Below are positions 42,687 to 55,039 of a stretch of DNA of 64,000 nucleotides, piece after piece (the first letter of the stretch is position 1; each line of letters begins with the position of its first letter). The stretch lies in the NCBI RefSeq assembly GCF_006345805.1, contig NC_042998.1, positions 149,916,001-149,980,000 on the forward strand, written 5' to 3'. The notes beneath the pieces are model-generated. The model saw only the letters and a list, made by a program, of their open reading frames with translations, was not told the DNA's origin and searched no databases. The position numbers and the translations under genes are program-made. The stretch is from Octopus sinensis. Its lineage: Eukaryota.

Positions 42687-43289
42687 TTTCCATGAAATGT
42701 TTTTGTGACTGTAAAAAGACTAAAAAGAACTAGTGAATTCCAATACCATAATTGACCAAATCTTTATAAAATTACAAGCGAAATGCTTTCTTTTTTATAG
42801 TAACTTGGAGCATTGTCCCTTAACCTGAGCAATAACGTCCTTAGTGGGAGAGACATCGGGAGATCAGAAGGAAGCGGTAAATGTCAAGCAGGTACTATGG
42901 GAGGTGCTAGGTATTTAGAAGTTGGTGCCGTGGAAGTTCTTGGAAATGAAATATCTAAACCAATTACCATATTTATTCATGTATAAGTCGCACTATTTCA
43001 GAATTGATTTCAACTGCAAAAACCTGGCGTGCGACTTATACACGGGGTAGGTTTCAATATGAAGTGAAACGAATTTGCATCAGTTTTGAACTGAAAATTA
43101 GGGCTGTAATTTATACACAACTAAATACTATATATTTTAAACACAATTTCAATCGAAAAAAATTTTGTCAGAGTGAAGGATATATTATCAATGAGCAGAA
43201 ACATGACCGATGACGTGACATGGTCCAGTTAATTTTCGTTATGTAAGTCCTACCTTTCTTTAGTAGTTTCCATAAAAATTTAACATGGA

Positions 43290-43627
43290 GGCATCAGTGA
43301 CTTTGTGGTAAGAAATTTGCTTCTGAGCCACATGATTCTGGATTCAGTCCGACTGCGAGGCACCTTCTACTATATCCTCGGGCATACCAAAGCCTTGTGA
43401 GTGGATTTAGAAGACGGAAACTGAAAACATCACGCCATATATGTACCTGTCTATGTGTGCGTGTTCCTTTGTGTCTGTGTTGTGCCCAAACACTGCTTGA
43501 CAAGCGGTGCCGGTGTGTTTACGTTCCCGTAACTTAACGGTTCGACAACAGTGACAGATAGAATAAGACTCCGGGTTCACAAAATAATAATATTAATAAT
43601 AATAATAATAATAATATAATAATAATA

Positions 43628-43676
<49 letters not shown>

Positions 43677-43770
43677 GTATTGGGGTCGATTCGTTTTACT
43701 AAAATTCTTTGAGTTGGTACCCCAGCATGGCTGCAGTCTAATGATTGAAACAAGTAACAGATAAGAGATA
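43290..43770 (+). mobile_element. SINE family 2 with an extra (TAA)n expansion in the 3' module
   Basis: Colinear with other copies; (TAA)n 43584-43675 inserted before ggggtcgat. Confidence 0.85.
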
Positions 43771-44383
43771 ATAAACCACTAAGAAAATATTAACATCTTT
43801 GCTATTAAAATTATCAGCAGAAATTTTTATATTTGCAAAAATTGAGGAGGGAGAGTTTACAAGTCAGTCACTGAGGTAGTAAGCTATAAAAGGTAGAGAT
43901 GCAACATTCTTGACCCTTATTTGTTTTTAGATCTTTCTGGGAGGTCTTGGTTATTCTGAGAATAAAGACTTGAACCGGAGGGTGGAACATTCCGTAAAAA
44001 ACGCCTAAAGATTACGAGACTGTATTAGATTTAGCCAGCCAAACAAAAGTAATATAGTTCCTCTTCTAGGCTTCCACACAGTTTCCGTCTTCGAAATTTC
44101 AAACATATGGCATTAGCCCATTGAAGGCTATGGTAGAATATTGTTAGTCAGAGTGTTAAACTACAAAGAAAGGATTGGTTTTGGTGTTTGTATTGGCAAT
44201 AGAGATATATTTTATTGCAATCATCAAACATACATAAACACATACACACATATGAATGGATGAATGTATATACACACACTTATTTATACTCATGTGTGTG
44301 AGTGTGCTCGCATGCGCATGCTTGTATACATAGACGATACATGTGTGAATACATCTATCTACTATCTATCTATATATCTATCT

Positions 44384-44416
<33 letters not shown>

Positions 44417-44450
44417 ATCTATTCTCTCTCTCTCCTCTCTCTCTCTATAT

Positions 44451-44493
<43 letters not shown>

Positions 44494-44497
<4 letters not shown>

Positions 44498-44710
44498 AAT
44501 GTGACCGTGTGTGTACCGTGGGCGATTTTTTTCCTGTCTTACCTTCTCTTGATCTTTCCTTCTCCTATGTTTCCGACGAAGAGCTCCGCTCGAAACGTTA
44601 AAAACCCTCCTTCTTCCCTTCCTTCCTGAGCGTCCAATAATACTATATTTGTTCCACGTCCTCGCGTTGTTGTGATTTCTTTTTGTGTTTTCTCATGTTT
44701 GGATTCCCTT
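44494..44710 (+). mobile_element. Short TA-inserted element with minimal HHR (CCGACGA core)
   Basis: gttt-CCGACGA-a-gagc-tcc-gctc-GAAACGTT-aaaaac (44569-44605). Related to 63690-63870 (gagcgtc.aa.taatac). Confidence 0.65.
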
Positions 44711-44779
44711 ATATATATATATATATTATATATATATATATATATTATATATATTATATATATATATATATATAAATCA

Positions 44780-45485
44780 ATAAATAGTGGGGTTGTGTTG
44801 ACCGCACGTGGAAAAATGATAGGCAAGGAGAAATTATAAAAGGCAGAATGCTAATTGAAGGTAAATTTTAATGAAAATGGGTGTATGGAAAATTTTTAAA
44901 AATTAAAAAAAAAATATATATATATATTAATTCAAACCGGTTTTCGTTGTAATGCGACTTTTCAAGAATTGTAAGGTGAAAAGAAATTTCTTTTATACTT
45001 GAGGAGGGAGGAAAAAAGAAAATTACATTGTTTTTGCAAAAAAATAATAAACATACACAAAAATTAAAAAATAGGTACACCGATACATTGTAAAGTCTTT
45101 GTGTATCTCGAGTACAATGATAGTTCTTGAAAAATTACCTTGGAGGATTGAGATCCATGTGATTAAATCCATGTGGTGTTTAATTTAGGATGTTTGTTAA
45201 ATGAATGTCAAAACAGGAAATGGGGTAGGAGTTATCCAGTTCCTGTGAGTAAGGGGAGACAACTCTGTGGGTTTTATGCTCTTCAATTGGGGTTATCAAT
45301 TTTTTGTAAGATAGGATGTTAATAAACCTTAAATTATAAAATCATTTTAGCTTCATTTGTACTATCTTTTTTTATATAATTGTTTGCTAACTTAACATTC
45401 AGATTTTAACACTTTATTTATATTGTTTTGTAATCATATAAATTTACATAAACCAATTTATAATTTCATTTCAGATTGTTGTGTC

Positions 45486-45531
<46 letters not shown>

Positions 45532-45535
45532 TTAA

Positions 45536-45566
<31 letters not shown>

Positions 45567-45606
45567 AAGAAGAGAAGAAGAAGAAGAGGAAGAAGAAGAA
45601 GAGAAG

Positions 45607-45639
<33 letters not shown>

Positions 45640-46360
45640 AGAAGAAGAAGAAGAAGAAGAAGAAGAAGAAGAAGAAGAAGAAATAAAGAATATAAGTTTT
45701 AGCTTGAAGTGATGACTGCATGCTATCCTTATATATTTGTATTAGTCCATCCATGAAGAATGAGGTAGAAAAAAGAAGTATGATTAACGTGGAGATTGCA
45801 TATTAAGATGCGTTTTGAATTTTTCAATAACATTATTCTCCTTGTTAATTCTTTCTTGTGTGGTGATTCCGTCTTTACATTGGTAGAAGGGGAATATGTA
45901 AAATTTGGGATTTTTGTCTTTAGCGCATGAGTCTATGTGGCTACTTAGTGGAATTTGACGGTATTCTCGGTGATTTATTTGCTCTTTGTGGACCGCTACT
46001 CTTTTACGCAAAGGGAGGCTCGTTTGTCCAACATAATTATGTTGACAACCGGCGCATGTGAGGACGTAGATAAGGTTCTCGGAGGAACAGGAGAAGTTGG
46101 TCTTGATTTTAAACTTAGTTCCTTGTTTGAAGATAAATTCAGAGCCTTCAAGTAGGAAGGGGCAGGTGCCACAGTTTGGGCGTGCACATTTTTTAGCTGA
46201 TGGGGGTGAATGTGGTGTGTGAAGTTTGGCATTTGTCAAGAGTTTTTTCAAAGATTTATGTTGCCTTTTACATTTGAGGATTTTGTGTGTATTGATAATG
46301 TTTTTCATTTTTGGGTCTGTTGACAGTAGAGTGAGGTTTTGTATGATTGTGGTGTATTGT
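44780..46360 (-). mobile_element. Penelope-like element 3' fragment with GIY-YIG endonuclease ORF (45784-46308)
   Basis: CARPNCGTC..FSCSSENLIYVLTCAGCQHNYVGQTSLPLRKRVAVH..HIDSC: LIY..YVG GIY-YIG motif with PLE-type Cys/His residues. Degenerate HHR-like motif downstream at 44929-44970 (-). Left boundary uncertain. Confidence 0.85.
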
Positions 46361-46364
46361 GGTG

Positions 46365-46470
<106 letters not shown>

Positions 46471-47610
46471 TTATTTGTCAGTATTACATGAGATGACCGC
46501 TTTATATCTTTGTCTATTCACAGTCTATTTATATACCAACTCCTTATGACGTCAAATGTTACTACAATATTTTCAGTGGTTATTCCAAATTCTTTTTATG
46601 TCCTCATTTAATTCACAAAAGTATAAGGCATAGCACCGACTACGTGTTGAGTCGTTGTGCACTTTCTATTAGATGAACTAAAGTTGAACTATATAGGTTC
46701 AGCAACTTTATTGTACGTGTGTATACAAACGCATAAGTACACATATGTTTTGTATACATATGTACACACATATATTTATAGGTTTGTGTGAGTGTGTACA
46801 CGTGTGTGAATCTAATCACGTATGTGTAAAGTAAGAACAATTACAGTTAACTTTGCCGACGTTTAACCAGACAAGGAATTGTTAATCCAACTTTAATCCT
46901 TCACACAGGACGGTGATAATTCTGCTCTAATGACGATGAGATTGTACAGTAATCATGTCTAGCTGCTGCTAGTTATGGCGTTGGAAGAATGGCTGGCGGC
47001 ACCCTAATGGTAATTCTAGTGTTGATTTAACGGTAATTCTCCTATGGTGGAGTAATATATGTAGGGGTTAGTGGGGGTAATATTGATTTTTCCCCCCCAC
47101 TATTTATCTCTAAGATTGTCCTGCTTCCTCTATACGCAGAAACACTGATTTAGATTATCCTATGTGTCCTTTTCTATGATGGTAGGATGTGATTTAAGGG
47201 AGACATCGCGTGTTGTTGTTGCTGCTATTGTTGTTATTGTTAGTGCTGGTGGTTGTGGTGGTGGTGGTGATGGTAGTGGTGGTGGTGGTGGTGGTGGTGG
47301 TGGTGGTGGTGGTAGTTGTCGCTACAGTGTAAGGTATATAGGTAAAAGTGTATGTTACTGTAGTGTGGGTTAGCCATGTGTGCCGTTAGTTCAAATAACG
47401 GATTCAAATCGATTCTGTAGACGCTTCTCCTCCCCACGTCAGTTCGATTATATTACACATCCAAACCTTAGTATACACCCCACCCCCCGATAACACCAGA
47501 TTTCATTCAGCTTAGTTAGTCATCACCATGTGTTGCTACAGTTTCAGTTACTCAGGACAACTGACAGGGATTTAATTATCTATCTATCTAACTAGCTGTC
47601 CTACCCTATC

Positions 47611-47684
<74 letters not shown>

Positions 47685-47685
47685 G

Positions 47686-47730
<45 letters not shown>

Positions 47731-47741
47731 ATGTAAAGCTG

Positions 47742-47797
<56 letters not shown>

Positions 47798-47798
47798 T

Positions 47799-47938
47799 AG
47801 GCGCGGCTGTGTGGCAAGAAGCTTGCTTCCCAACACATAGTTCCGGGCTTAGCTCCGCTGCGTGGCACCTTGGGCAAGTGTCTTCTACTATAGCCTCGGG
47901 TAGACCAAACCCTTGTGAGTGGATTTGGTAGACAGAAA
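47799..47938 (+). mobile_element. 5' module of SINE family 2
   Basis: ggctgtgtggcaagaagcttgcttccc..ccttgggcaagtgtcttctactatagcctcggg. Confidence 0.8.
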
Positions 47939-48313
47939 TGGATATATATATATATATACATATTTTGAAATAGAAAATTACCCTTTAACAGGTAATTTTT
48001 ACATGCTAGAAATAGCAGCCAACACGGCCAAAACCACAATTTAACAGCAAATTTCGAAGTAAATGAAAAATAAAAATGTTTACCTTGTTATTTAACGCTT
48101 ATAGCATGGTTTCGAATTTCTTTAGCAAATAATATTATTTGCCATCCTTTAATAGGTAATTTAGAAAAACAATATTATCCACCAGGCGAATTCTCGTTAG
48201 TAACCTGCCTCAACAACTAACTTATAATTCAGAGACAAGATAACATGTGTCCCATCATAATATGTTATAATTTTCAAAATACCGCGCGCTGGCGGTATTT
48301 TCCCTATATATAA

Positions 48314-48366
<53 letters not shown>

Positions 48367-48479
48367 CATACACATATATATATATATATACGTATATATA
48401 TATATGTTTGTATGAATGTATGTAAATATATATGTATATTTATGTGTGTATATATATTGCTGTTTATCCTACCCCTCCA

Positions 48480-48663
48480 TCATCGCTTGACAACCGATGT
48501 TGGTGTGTTTACGTCTCGGTAACTTAACGGTTCGACAGATGTTCCCGATGGAATAAGCACCAGGATTACAAAGAAAAAGTCTAAGGGTCGATTTCTTCGA
48601 CTAAAAGGTGGGGCTCCAGCATGGCCACAGTCAGTTGACTGAAACAAGTAAAAGAATAAAAGA
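48480..48663 (+). mobile_element. 3' module of SINE family 2
   Basis: catcgcttgacaaccgatg..ccagcatggccacagtc..gactgaaacaagtaaaaga. Confidence 0.8.
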
Positions 48664-48709
48664 ACACAACAGAACAAGTAAAGTTTCTAACCCTAGGTAT
48701 ATAGTAAGG

Positions 48710-48766
48710 CCTGCTGATGAGAGTAAGGGATGTTATCTCTCAAAATTCGAAATCAGTTGATCCAGG
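48710..48766 (+). ncRNA. Type I hammerhead ribozyme within a ~280-bp element (48680-48960)
   Basis: cctg-CTGATGA-gagt..attc-GAAA-tca-gt-tga-TC^cagg. AUC triplet. Stem I 5' strand (aggcctg) identical to the 58.6-kb HHR. Confidence 0.8.
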
Positions 48767-48967
48767 TATATTTATCGCCCCATTCTGTGGCTTTATGCCG
48801 AGATGGTAATTTAATTTATTTGCTTGTTGCCTGATTACTGTTGTGCCTGTTGCATTTCCATTAAAATGGTGGTCTATTAGAGGAATTTTCGACTCTGATT
48901 TTTACATCTATGCTGGCACCTCGTGTGACCTCAATTATAAATTAATTATTAAATTTTAGATATGCAC

Positions 48968-49051
<84 letters not shown>

Positions 49052-49843
49052 CTATCTGCCTGCCTGCCTTCCTGCCTGCCTGCCTGTCTGTCTGTCTGTA
49101 TGTCTGTCTGTCTGTCTGTATGTCTGTATGTATGTATGTATGTATGTATGTATGCATGCATGTATGTATGAATGTAATAAAGAAGACGAAGAATGAATGT
49201 TGCACATTATTATTAGTTCCATTGTTTTCGGTACCATTCCATTTTTAGCGCCATTTCACGTGAATGATTCCATGCGAAAAGTCAGGCAATATTCACGACC
49301 GATTGCATTGGTGTGGCACTTCATCAGACTGGCTGAAAGTCGTGTGTTTTACATTGTGCGACGAACATGCATTTTATGAGATGACGAATGTGTCAGCCAT
49401 TAACACACGAAAATTGCAAAAGTTAGGAAACCTTGATTCTTCAACAAATAGTTTATTATCTCTAGCAGATCAGCCCTATCTCAGACTCAGTTACTAGCTA
49501 CGTTAGAATAAGGCAATGCCATACAGAGATTATTAAACGCAACATTGTTTAAGACATAGTGTAAATGAACTGATAAATATGGATATTTTCGCATTAAATA
49601 TTTTTCATTCATTCATTCTCTCTCTCTCACTCACTCACTATCACTCATTCTCTCACTTTCTCTTCGTACATGTATATGTATGTGTATGCATGTATGTATA
49701 TATTTATGCATGTGTGTATATGCATACACACATACATACACATACATACATACATACATACATACATACATACATACATACATACATACATACATACATA
49801 CATACATACATTCATTCATATATATATATATATTATATATATA

Positions 49844-49876
<33 letters not shown>

Positions 49877-50027
49877 CGAATATGATTCCACTCTTGATCA
49901 CAACTGCCCGACGAAAGTTGTGATGTTTTGCAGCTTTAATAAAAAAGCAGATTACTTTACCTTCGGTATTGGAGTACTATATTTTCCACCTTATTTTGCA
50001 TGTATGTGCTGACTCGTGTATATGAGA

Positions 50028-50091
<64 letters not shown>

Positions 50092-50127
50092 AGAGAGAGA
50101 GAGAGAGAGAGACATATATTCTCATAT

Positions 50128-50614
50128 CTGTTTTTGTTATTATTATTATCATTATTGTTTTTACGTATTTTCGTATTCTTATTCGTGTTATCATTATTAT
50201 TTTTACGTATGTTTGTATTCTTATTCGTTCCCGTCCTTGTTTTGTATACATTCAGGGCTTTCTTCCAAGGAATCTAATGCGCTTGGCTTAGATTTTCCTT
50301 TGGAGCTGGCCAGGTCGGAGCAATCTCAAGATTAATCAGCCGAAATTGTGAGGATGATCCGGTTCTTGACTGAAGATTGAAGGCTTCGAATGTCCCATCC
50401 GTGTTTTTTGTATCGTCTTCTAAATGTTCTGCGTTCTTGTCTCAGTTTGTATTTTTTTGCATATACATATATATATAGCGGTGCCCGTACCCTTTTTGGT
50501 CTTGTATGTAAGTACATTTTTCTTTAAACTTGGTACGACTCTATAACACTGTCTCTCTCTCTCCTCTCTCTTACATTTCTCTGCCTTTCACACTTTGCAC
50601 TCCACTTTGATCTG

Positions 50615-50662
<48 letters not shown>

Positions 50663-51177
50663 TCCGCCTTTGTTCCTTGTTCCCCTTTTTCTCTCTTCCT
50701 CTGTCCCTCTTTTCCTCTCTCTTCTCCTTACACGTGACTAACTTTGGACTGCTGTCTGTCCTTTTCGTGGTCAGCAACCGCCGAGGCTAGACACATTTTT
50801 TCTCTCTTCGCCTCAAGGCATTTTTCTAATTGCGCCTGCTCAAGTTCACCCATTCTGTCGAAAAGACGCCTGTCTGTGACGTCCTGCTTTTGTTATTATT
50901 ATTATCATTATTATTTTTACGTAGTTTAGTATTCTTATTCGTTCCCGTCCTTGTTTTGTATACATTCGAGGCTTTCTTCCAAGGAATCTAATGCGCTTGG
51001 CTTAGATTTTCCTTTGGCGCTGGCCAGGTCGGAGCAATCTCAAGATTAATCAGCCGAAATTGCGAGGATGATCCGGTTCTTGAGTGAAGATTGAAGGCTT
51101 CGAATATCCCGTCCGTGTTTTTTGTATCGTCCTCTCAATGTTTTGCGTTCTTGTCCCAGTTTGTATTTTTTTGCATA
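50128..51177. repeat. Partial tandem / LTR-like direct repeat (~714-bp period) bounded by microsatellites
   Basis: ~50135-50470 repeated at ~50885-51177 with scattered substitutions. Contains the hairpin ccaaggaatctaa..ttagattttcctttgg. Confidence 0.75.
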
Positions 51178-51294
51178 TATATATATATATATATATACCG
51201 GAGTAAGCACATAAATGTGAAACAAGGTGGAAAAGAAGACTACTCAAATACCAGTGGTAGAGTAATATGTTTTATTTAAAAGCAGCAGAAATAT

Positions 51295-51347
51295 AACAAA
51301 AGCTGTTACTCAGAGTTTCACGTTCCCGTTCGTCCGACAGATTTGTT
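51295..51347 (-). ncRNA. Hammerhead-like motif, CGGACGA core (probably inactive)
   Basis: Minus: ctgt-CGGACGA-acg-ggaa-cgt-GAAA-ctc-t-gag-TA^acag. Confidence 0.55.
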
Positions 51348-51877
51348 AAAATAGAACAGAAATAATGATATGATCAAAACTAGTTAAAGGATACATCTTT
51401 AAAAATGGATTTGTTTCATTGGTCTTTTCAATTGACGGTCTTAATCATGCAATGAACAAAATAAATAAAATTAATGAATTCAATATAAATTCATCCGATT
51501 ATAAAAATCGAGGAAAATCTAAAATCGAAGAGCAGTATATACGCATGCTAAACAATCAATATACATATATTGTAAAATATTTATGTAATGCAGCGTGAAC
51601 ATTTTAATTTTAATTTTAATTTTTAATGTATTAATTGTATTAATTGAATTATATTTCGTATATAACTATTTGCAATATGTATTTTGAATCCGCTCTTCGA
51701 TTTAAGGTTTTCCTCGATTTTTGTAATAGGATGAATTTATACTGAATTCATTTATTTTGTTTATTTTGTTCATTGCATGCTTAAGACTGTTAATTGAAAG
51801 GACCAATGAAACAAATCCATTTTTAAAGGTGTATACTTTAACTAGTTTTGATCATATCATTATTTCGGTTCTATTTT

Positions 51878-51930
51878 AACAAAACTGTCCGACGAACGGG
51901 AACGTGAAACTCTGAGTAACAGGTTTTGTT
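51878..51930 (+). ncRNA. Type I hammerhead-like ribozyme, CCGACGA core variant
   Basis: aacaaaactgt-CCGACGA-acg-ggaa-cgt-GAAA-ctc-t-gag-TA^acaggttttgtt. Long stem I, GNRA-capped stem II. Confidence 0.7.
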
Positions 51931-52066
51931 ATATTTCTGCTGCGTGACGTAAGATGTAAGTAAGCATGTGTACAAATGCCCAAGTGGTTATGAAGTTTTG
52001 AGGTATATATATGTATATGTATATATATATGTATATGTATATGTATATGTATATATATATATATAT

Positions 52067-52128
<62 letters not shown>

Positions 52129-52559
52129 CACGTATATACAACGTGTAGATAGCTATATAGGAATATACATCCAACCTCTACTTATTGGATGCAGGTACGT
52201 ACATATATATATTCTTATAAGTGTATATGCATAATACATATCGGGTGCAAATTTGCCCCGTCAATAACCCCATCTCTCCCCTCCCCTGTTACTTCCATCC
52301 TTATACTGGAAAGCTTCTGGGGATTGAAGGAAAATGTAATTTGTTGTGCGACAAATAATTCCCGTTTCACTGAACGAGTGCAATACCCCATTGATTCGTT
52401 CGCAACATAGTTAATCTTTTTTGAGATGCTAAACACTGCTTACACCCCCCCCCCACCAATTAGCCTCTTATTCCTTCCAAGCCTATAACTTAAATCCATT
52501 AATCAGTGAGAGATTTAGAGGAAAATCAAATTGAGACATAACGAGAGGAAGGATGAGAC

Positions 52560-53375
52560 ACAAAGGAGGATAACTGGATTATAACTCGAAATTCCAAAGG
52601 AACAACCGACTAAGGCCGATAGACCAAATATGTGACTATTGCTAAGTTCCTGATAGTCCAAAGGTGACGTGGCGGTGCATTGTTGTAGTAGACAGAGCCA
52701 GTAAAAACAAGGACACAGTCTGGAGGTTGCAGAGAAATATATCAAGTGGCTACAAGAGAAGCTGGCAGCAGGTCATTCTAGAAAGGGGAGAAGCAAAAAG
52801 GAAGAGGTTTGTCAATATGTTTCAACATGAGGATCAGAGGTGTAAGGTATTCCAGATTGCTAGACAGGGTGTAAGAGAAAATCGTGATGTTATACGAGAG
52901 ATGTATGTACAGAAGGATTATGCTACATTAAGGAGAATGCATAGGAGATACTTCCTAATCTGAATTCGTCAGAAGGGCCAGCCGTTGTATTTGACAGCAG
53001 TATGATAGTTAAAGTTATTTAAGGACAAAAAGACGGATAAAACCTCACCCATGTTATTTATCAGGGTTATACAGGAAATTGTTATACATAACGACTTATG
53101 TACCTACGAGATACACAAAAGAGATTTACAGAAGTATCAAATGCCTGGAGTACGTCATGAAAGTTAGAGAAAGGGTTGTAGACGAAATAATTAAGAAGAA
53201 AGTTGATCTTGATGAAATGCTATTTAGTTCTGTAGCAGGAAGAGCTACGACTAATTCTATTCTCATAGTAAAGCAATTAGAACAGGAGTTTTTCGCCCAA
53301 AGAATAATCTGCTGTACTTGGTTCTTGTAAGAAGGGCAGACGAATGGCTGGTGAGAGACGTCTAAGCTATGTATA
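52560..53375 (+). pseudogene. Degenerate RTE-clade LINE RT fragment
   Basis: IKCLEYVMKVRERVV..VDLDEMLFSSVAGRATTNSILIVKQL (cf. IKLLEHxMKVxER..IDEMQFGFxPGRGTTDAIFIVRQL). Confidence 0.8.
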
Positions 53376-53415
53376 TAATTGTAATATGAATATAAATAAT
53401 TGTAATGTTCATATA

Positions 53416-55014
53416 CAGTGGGAGGAAATAAATATTCGTAAATGTCAAAATTCTTTATTTATTTAATTTCTAATGAACATAAATGGGATATACCAATACT
53501 ATATTTGCATACACATGCATAAACTAAGAATATACAAAAGAAACTAATAAATTATAGTAACTAAGGAATTTATATACAATCATAAATATTTAGGGGTGAA
53601 AAAATTATTCGTACAGAATAAATTTATGATTTTCTATGCCACAAAATACTGTTAAAATAATTTTTTACTAGAACTTTCTCGCTCGTTCCAATAATCTTAT
53701 CAGTTGTCATTTTTAAGTGTCAAAACGCTAGCTTCTTCATTCAGCACTGAGACAACATAAAGTAGTATCATAATAATGGCGAAAAGTAAAGAACTCACAA
53801 ATACAGTGAAAGACTTCATTATTGAACAGTGGAAAGCAGGTAAAAGTTACAGGAAAATATCAGACACCTTTTGTATTCCATTTTCTACCATATCTTCATT
53901 TATTGAAAGATATAAAAAGTCGGGAACTGTTGAAAACAGAATAAGATCCAGTGCACCATGCAAGATTTCCTCTAGATCTTTAAGAAAAATGAAGTAAGGA
54001 ATCGAAAAAAAAACGCAATGATCACTAGAAAGGAGTTGCAAGAAGATTTATTAGCTTCAGGGAATAGTGTTACACTACGGACAATCAGCAATGAACTTCA
54101 TAGGAATGAACTGAAGTTACGCTCTCCTAGAAAAACTCTGCTGTTGACTAGAAGGCATAGAGATGCCCATTTAAAATTTGTTTATGAACATAAAGATAAA
54201 CGTGATACATTCTGGGAAAATGTTCTATGGACAGACTAGTCGAAAATTGAATTGTTTGGACGAAATTCGCGTAGACATGTTTGGAGGAAAGATGGTACCG
54301 CCTATTCGCCGAAAAACACAATTCCTACCATAAAGTTTGGAGGTGGCAACATCATGGTGTGGGAGTTTTTTCTCTGCAAATGGTACTGGCAATTTACATG
54401 TGATAGATGGTAGAATGAATGCAGAGATGTACCAAAATATTTTGAACAATAATTTATGGGACTCTGTAGAAAAGCTCCAGTTTTGTGAAGGGTGGGTTTT
54501 ACAACGGGATAACGACCCTAAGCACACAGCGAAGTCTACCAAAAAATGGATTGTCGATCACTATATAAAATTATTAGAATGGCCATGCCAGTCACCTGAC
54601 TTGAACTCCATTGAAAATTCGTGGCGTTATTTGAAAATTAAAATTCATTCAACGTGCATTCAAGATTTGAAGAAAATTTGTCAAGAAGAATGGGAAAAAA
54701 TGTCTAAAGAAACATGCGAGCCATTGATTAAGAACTACAAGAAGAGATTGGTTGCAGTGGAACTGAATAATGGTTATGCTACGAAGTATTAAATCAGAAT
54801 TATCAGTCATTTATGCTCTGTACGAATACCTTTTTCACCCCTAAATATTTATAATTGTATATAAATTCCTTAGTAACTATAATTTATTAGTTTCTTTTGC
54901 ATATTCTTAGTTGATGCATGTGTATGCAAATATAGTATTGGTATATCCCATTTATGTTCATTAGAAATTAGATAAAGAATTTTGACATTTACGAATATTT
55001 ATTTCCTCCCACTG
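53416..55014 (+). mobile_element. Full-length Tc1-family DNA transposon (DD34E), ~200-bp TIRs, TA target
   Basis: TA^cagtgggaggaaataaatattcgtaaatgtc ... gacatttacgaatatttatttcctcccactg^TA. Long TIRs with internal repeated aaa.tattcgta sites (IR/DR type). Confidence 0.95.
53776..54792 (+). pseudogene. Tc1 transposase pseudogene
   Basis: MAKSKELT.. HTH region; WTD*SK, QRDNDPKH-(34 aa)-SPDLNSIENSW, GYATKY end. In-frame stops and frameshifts. Confidence 0.92.
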
Positions 55015-55039
55015 TATATATATATATTAATTATATATA

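Larger units (their letters stand above)
51198..51943. mobile_element. HHR element with ~250-bp diverged inverted repeat
   Basis: 51282-51533 is the reverse complement (with mismatches) of 51692-51943. Each arm has an HHR fold. Confidence 0.8.
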
